Positions 61,373 to 64,000 of a stretch of DNA of 64,000 bases are shown piece by piece. This DNA is from a virus (Duplodnaviria > Caudoviricetes). A model generated the notes under the pieces. That model did no database searches and was not told the DNA's origin. It saw only the letters and a program-made list of their open reading frames with translations. The first letter of the stretch is position 1. Every line of letters begins with the position of its first letter. The stretch is from IMG/VR virus record IMGVR_UViG_3300044904_000102, positions 1,729 to 65,728 of that record; one strand, 5' to 3'. Made by a program: the position numbers and the translations under genes.

Positions 61373-61741
61373 ATGCCATCACGCGACATGATGATGCCGG
61401 AAAGTTTTTATCAGGCTCTTGATCCTGGTATCCGTTTCGCGGTCCGAGTCCTACACGCGGCCGGACATGTGGAAACGTGTCAGTCGTGTCAGGGCGGGGA
61501 AGGACATGCTTACGACCGGCCTACGGTTGACCTGATTGCTGGCAGTGCCGACGCAAAAGGTTTCATGGCTCTCAGTGCGCTGGTCGATTACGGACTGCCG
61601 GTTGCAGATGTTGCGATCCTGTGGCACATCAAAAACGGTTTGCCGTATGAAAAATTGTGGCGGATAACTTTTACAAAGACTATGGAGTCACGGGCAGATG
61701 AAAAGCCGATATTCACATACGGCTATCGCGCACAGCAGTGA
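61373..61741 (+). CDS. Hypothetical protein
   Basis: LDPGIRFAVRVL..VETCQSCQGG.GH. Confidence 0.6.
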   Translation: MPSRDMMMPESFYQALDPGIRFAVRVLHAAGHVETCQSCQGGEGHAYDRPTVDLIAGSADAKGFMALSALVDYGLPVADVAILWHIKNGLPYEKLWRITFTKTMESRADEKPIFTYGYRAQQ

Positions 61742-61944
61742 GGTTGGTGATGGATATGAGTCCTAAAGACTTCCCTTACCTCTACGTCTGGAAGGCGAAC
61801 GCCATGCGGACGCTCGATCGGAAGGGTCAGCGCTGCCGGATTATGTCGCGTGGAAGGATGAATTCGGTACAAGTTGAATTCCAAGATGGTTTCCGGGCCA
61901 TCGTGAGCGGCAGGGCGCTGCGGAGGGTGAAATCGAATGGGTAA
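61738..61944 (+). CDS. Conserved phage hypothetical protein
   Basis: RKGQRCRI..RGRMNSVQVEFQDG..IVS..ALRR. Confidence 0.55.
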   Translation: MRLVMDMSPKDFPYLYVWKANAMRTLDRKGQRCRIMSRGRMNSVQVEFQDGFRAIVSGRALRRVKSNG

Positions 61945-62875
61945 CAAATCCAAAATCGAGTGGACGGACGCGACGTGGAATCCTGTGACGGGATGCACTA
62001 AGGTTTCAGCCGGGTGCAAAAACTGCTACGCGGAGCGCGACTTCCACCGGCCATATCCTGGGCGGGACTTCTCGGATGTGCGCTGTCATGACGACCGGCT
62101 CGACTGGCCGTTCCGATGGCGCGGCTCGAAACAGGCGAAAGCCGAAGGACGGGAATCTCGCATCTTCGTCAATTCGATGAGCGACCTGTTTCATGACTCG
62201 GTACCGTTTGCATTTATCCGTCACGTCTTTCGCATCATATGGCGGTCGCCACAACACACCTTCCAGATTCTTACAAAGCGCCCTGAGAGGATGCTGTGGT
62301 TTTGCCAACATACGGCAATGGATTGGGCTAACCGGTTCATTTATCACTCACCAGTCGAGGCATTTACAAGCTCAATTGTTCTGCCGAACGTCTGGTTGGG
62401 TGTCTCGGTAGAGAACCAACTGACTGCCGACGAGCGCATCCCGCTGCTACTCCAGACGCCCGCGGCGGTGCGCTGGGTTTCAGCAGAGCCTTTACTGGGG
62501 CCAGTGGACTTCTTTCGGTGGCTTGAAAATAGAGCGAACCCATTGCCTCACATCGATTGGGTGGTTGCGGGCGGTGAGTCCGGCCCGCACGCGAGGGCAT
62601 CGCATCCTGACTGGTTCCGTCGAGCGAGAGACGATTGCCAGGCGGCCAGCGTGCCTTTCTTTTTCAAGCAATGGGGGGAGTGGACGGAAATCCCAGCGGC
62701 TGGCAGCACTGGAAAGTTGCTCCCGACAGGATCGCATTTTTGGATGAACGGTGACGGCACTGAAATGAACTCCAAAAACTATGAGAAAAGCTCTGCGCGA
62801 ATGGGCCGTATAGGCAAGAAACGCGTCGGGCGAGAGCTCGACGGCAGGGAGTGGAACGAGTTTCCGGAGGGGTGA
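61937..62875 (+). CDS. Phage Gp37/Gp68 (DUF5131) family protein
   Basis: SKIEWTDATWNPVTGCTKVSAGCKNCYA, IFVNSMSDLFH, HTFQILTKRPER, WVVAGGESG, PFFFKQWG. Confidence 0.93.
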   Translation: MGNKSKIEWTDATWNPVTGCTKVSAGCKNCYAERDFHRPYPGRDFSDVRCHDDRLDWPFRWRGSKQAKAEGRESRIFVNSMSDLFHDSVPFAFIRHVFRIIWRSPQHTFQILTKRPERMLWFCQHTAMDWANRFIYHSPVEAFTSSIVLPNVWLGVSVENQLTADERIPLLLQTPAAVRWVSAEPLLGPVDFFRWLENRANPLPHIDWVVAGGESGPHARASHPDWFRRARDDCQAASVPFFFKQWGEWTEIPAAGSTGKLLPTGSHFWMNGDGTEMNSKNYEKSSARMGRIGKKRVGRELDGREWNEFPEG

Positions 62876-63069
62876 TGAAAAACCGAGAGACGTACGGTGT
62901 GGGTGCTGGGATCATCTTCATCATGGTCGGCGCCTTGATTCTGGTGGCAACCGGCCACCATATCAGCGGGCCGGGTGATGTTCCCATGGGAATCACGCTC
63001 GGAGGCATGGTCATAAGCCTGGGCGGCGGCATCGTGATTGGAGCCCGCGGCTCCAGAAGGGAAGGGTGA
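62875..63069 (+). CDS. Small two-TM protein
   Basis: Two hydrophobic segments; GGAGG SD. Confidence 0.5.
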   Translation: MKNRETYGVGAGIIFIMVGALILVATGHHISGPGDVPMGITLGGMVISLGGGIVIGARGSRREG

Positions 63070-63072
63070 ATC

Positions 63073-63420
63073 GTGGTCAACGACTTTCGAACTTTCACGG
63101 CCTGGGCGCTGGGGGCGATCTCGGCTCTCCTGATCGTTACGTTGCTCGACGCGAACACTCTGCGCGGCTGGGCGCTCGGCGCATATCTTAGTCTTCTGTT
63201 CCTCGGTCTGTTCGCCTCATTTTGGCGAATCTGCGGAAAAGCCTGTGTCGAGATCGTGCAGTTCATCGAAGGCGGCATCGACGCGCAGCGGATCCGCAAC
63301 ACAATCAACAACGCCATGCCGCTGAACAGGCTTATAATCCAGCCGGGCGAGCTGGAGGTCATGGGGGCCTTGAATGGGCGCAGGGAATCGGGCGGGGAGC
63401 GCGATGGAGGAGTCCGTTAA
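63073..63420 (+). CDS. Membrane protein
   Basis: Two TM segments. Confidence 0.5.
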   Translation: MVNDFRTFTAWALGAISALLIVTLLDANTLRGWALGAYLSLLFLGLFASFWRICGKACVEIVQFIEGGIDAQRIRNTINNAMPLNRLIIQPGELEVMGALNGRRESGGERDGGVR

Positions 63421-64000
63421 AGCGGACAAACCGGGGGGACTGACGGCGAAGAGAAAAGCGCCGAAGAAAATCGCGCACCTCAAAGACCTTCATGCGGATC
63501 CGATGAATGCCCGCAAGCACGGGGAGCGGAACATCGGGATGCTGTCAAAGTCCTTGGAAGAGTACGGCGCCGCGCGCTCCATTGTGATCGACGAGGATGG
63601 CCAAATCATCGCGGGCCACGGGGTGGTTGAGGCGGCGGGCGACATTGGGATAACCAAAGTCATCCCGGTCGAGGCGAGCGGAAACGAGATTATTGCGGTC
63701 GTCCGACGCGGGCTGACGGCAAAGCAGAAACAGGAACTGGCGCTGGCCGACAACCGGGTTGCCGAGCTTGCGGAGTGGGACCCGGCGATATTGGCTTCAC
63801 TTTCGGAGAAGGCGGACCTGGGGAAGTTCTGGTCGGAGAAGGAGCTGGCGGAATTGCTGGCCAGCGAGACGCCATTAGTCCACATGAAACATTGTGAACC
63901 CATTCAGGCCACACTGGAAGGATTCCGTGTGCTCTCTGAATATGAGTGTGGGCGAGCGCAAATGGCAATTGAATGGGTCGCCCGTGCCCAAAAGCCGATA
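63404..64000 (+). CDS. ParB/Srx-like domain protein of the packaging module (3'-partial)
   Basis: Read manually: DPMNARKH..SLEEYGAARSIVIDEDGQIIAGHG..LALADNRVAELAEWD; open to the window end. Confidence 0.8.
   Translation, partial: MEESVKADKPGGLTAKRKAPKKIAHLKDLHADPMNARKHGERNIGMLSKSLEEYGAARSIVIDEDGQIIAGHGVVEAAGDIGITKVIPVEASGNEIIAVVRRGLTAKQKQELALADNRVAELAEWDPAILASLSEKADLGKFWSEKELAELLASETPLVHMKHCEPIQATLEGFRVLSEYECGRAQMAIEWVARAQKPI

Overview
Near-complete genome of a GC-rich, long non-contractile-tailed dsDNA phage. The window starts inside the large terminase and ends inside a ParB-like gene of the packaging module. Order: TerL, a portal-MuF fusion containing an intein, ChaB-protease, scaffold, major capsid, a collagen-like decoration protein, a glycosyltransferase/methyltransferase cluster, neck and tail genes, lysis, secreted Ig/FN3 proteins, RHH regulators, two TnpBs, recombination/replication genes (SSAP, exonuclease, initiator, loader, DnaB, RNase H), a nuclease-methylase pair, a ParB-like gene with a parS site, more glycosyltransferases and DUF5131. 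All credible genes are on +, except three endonucleases on -. Main findings: (1) an intein whose homing-type endonuclease is a separate antisense gene nested entirely inside the intein coding sequence; (2) an exact, circularly permuted 288-bp copy of a methyltransferase segment inserted in frame into the ParB-like gene (possibly an artefact); (3) a shared C-terminal Zn-ribbon on the terminase and two glycosyltransferases; (4) an exosporium-like virion glycosylation system; (5) a chromosomal-type parS next to an HTH-less ParB. No integrase, tRNA, CRISPR or RT was seen. An Acidobacteriota-like host is inference only. All family calls come from motif recognition by eye, not database searches.
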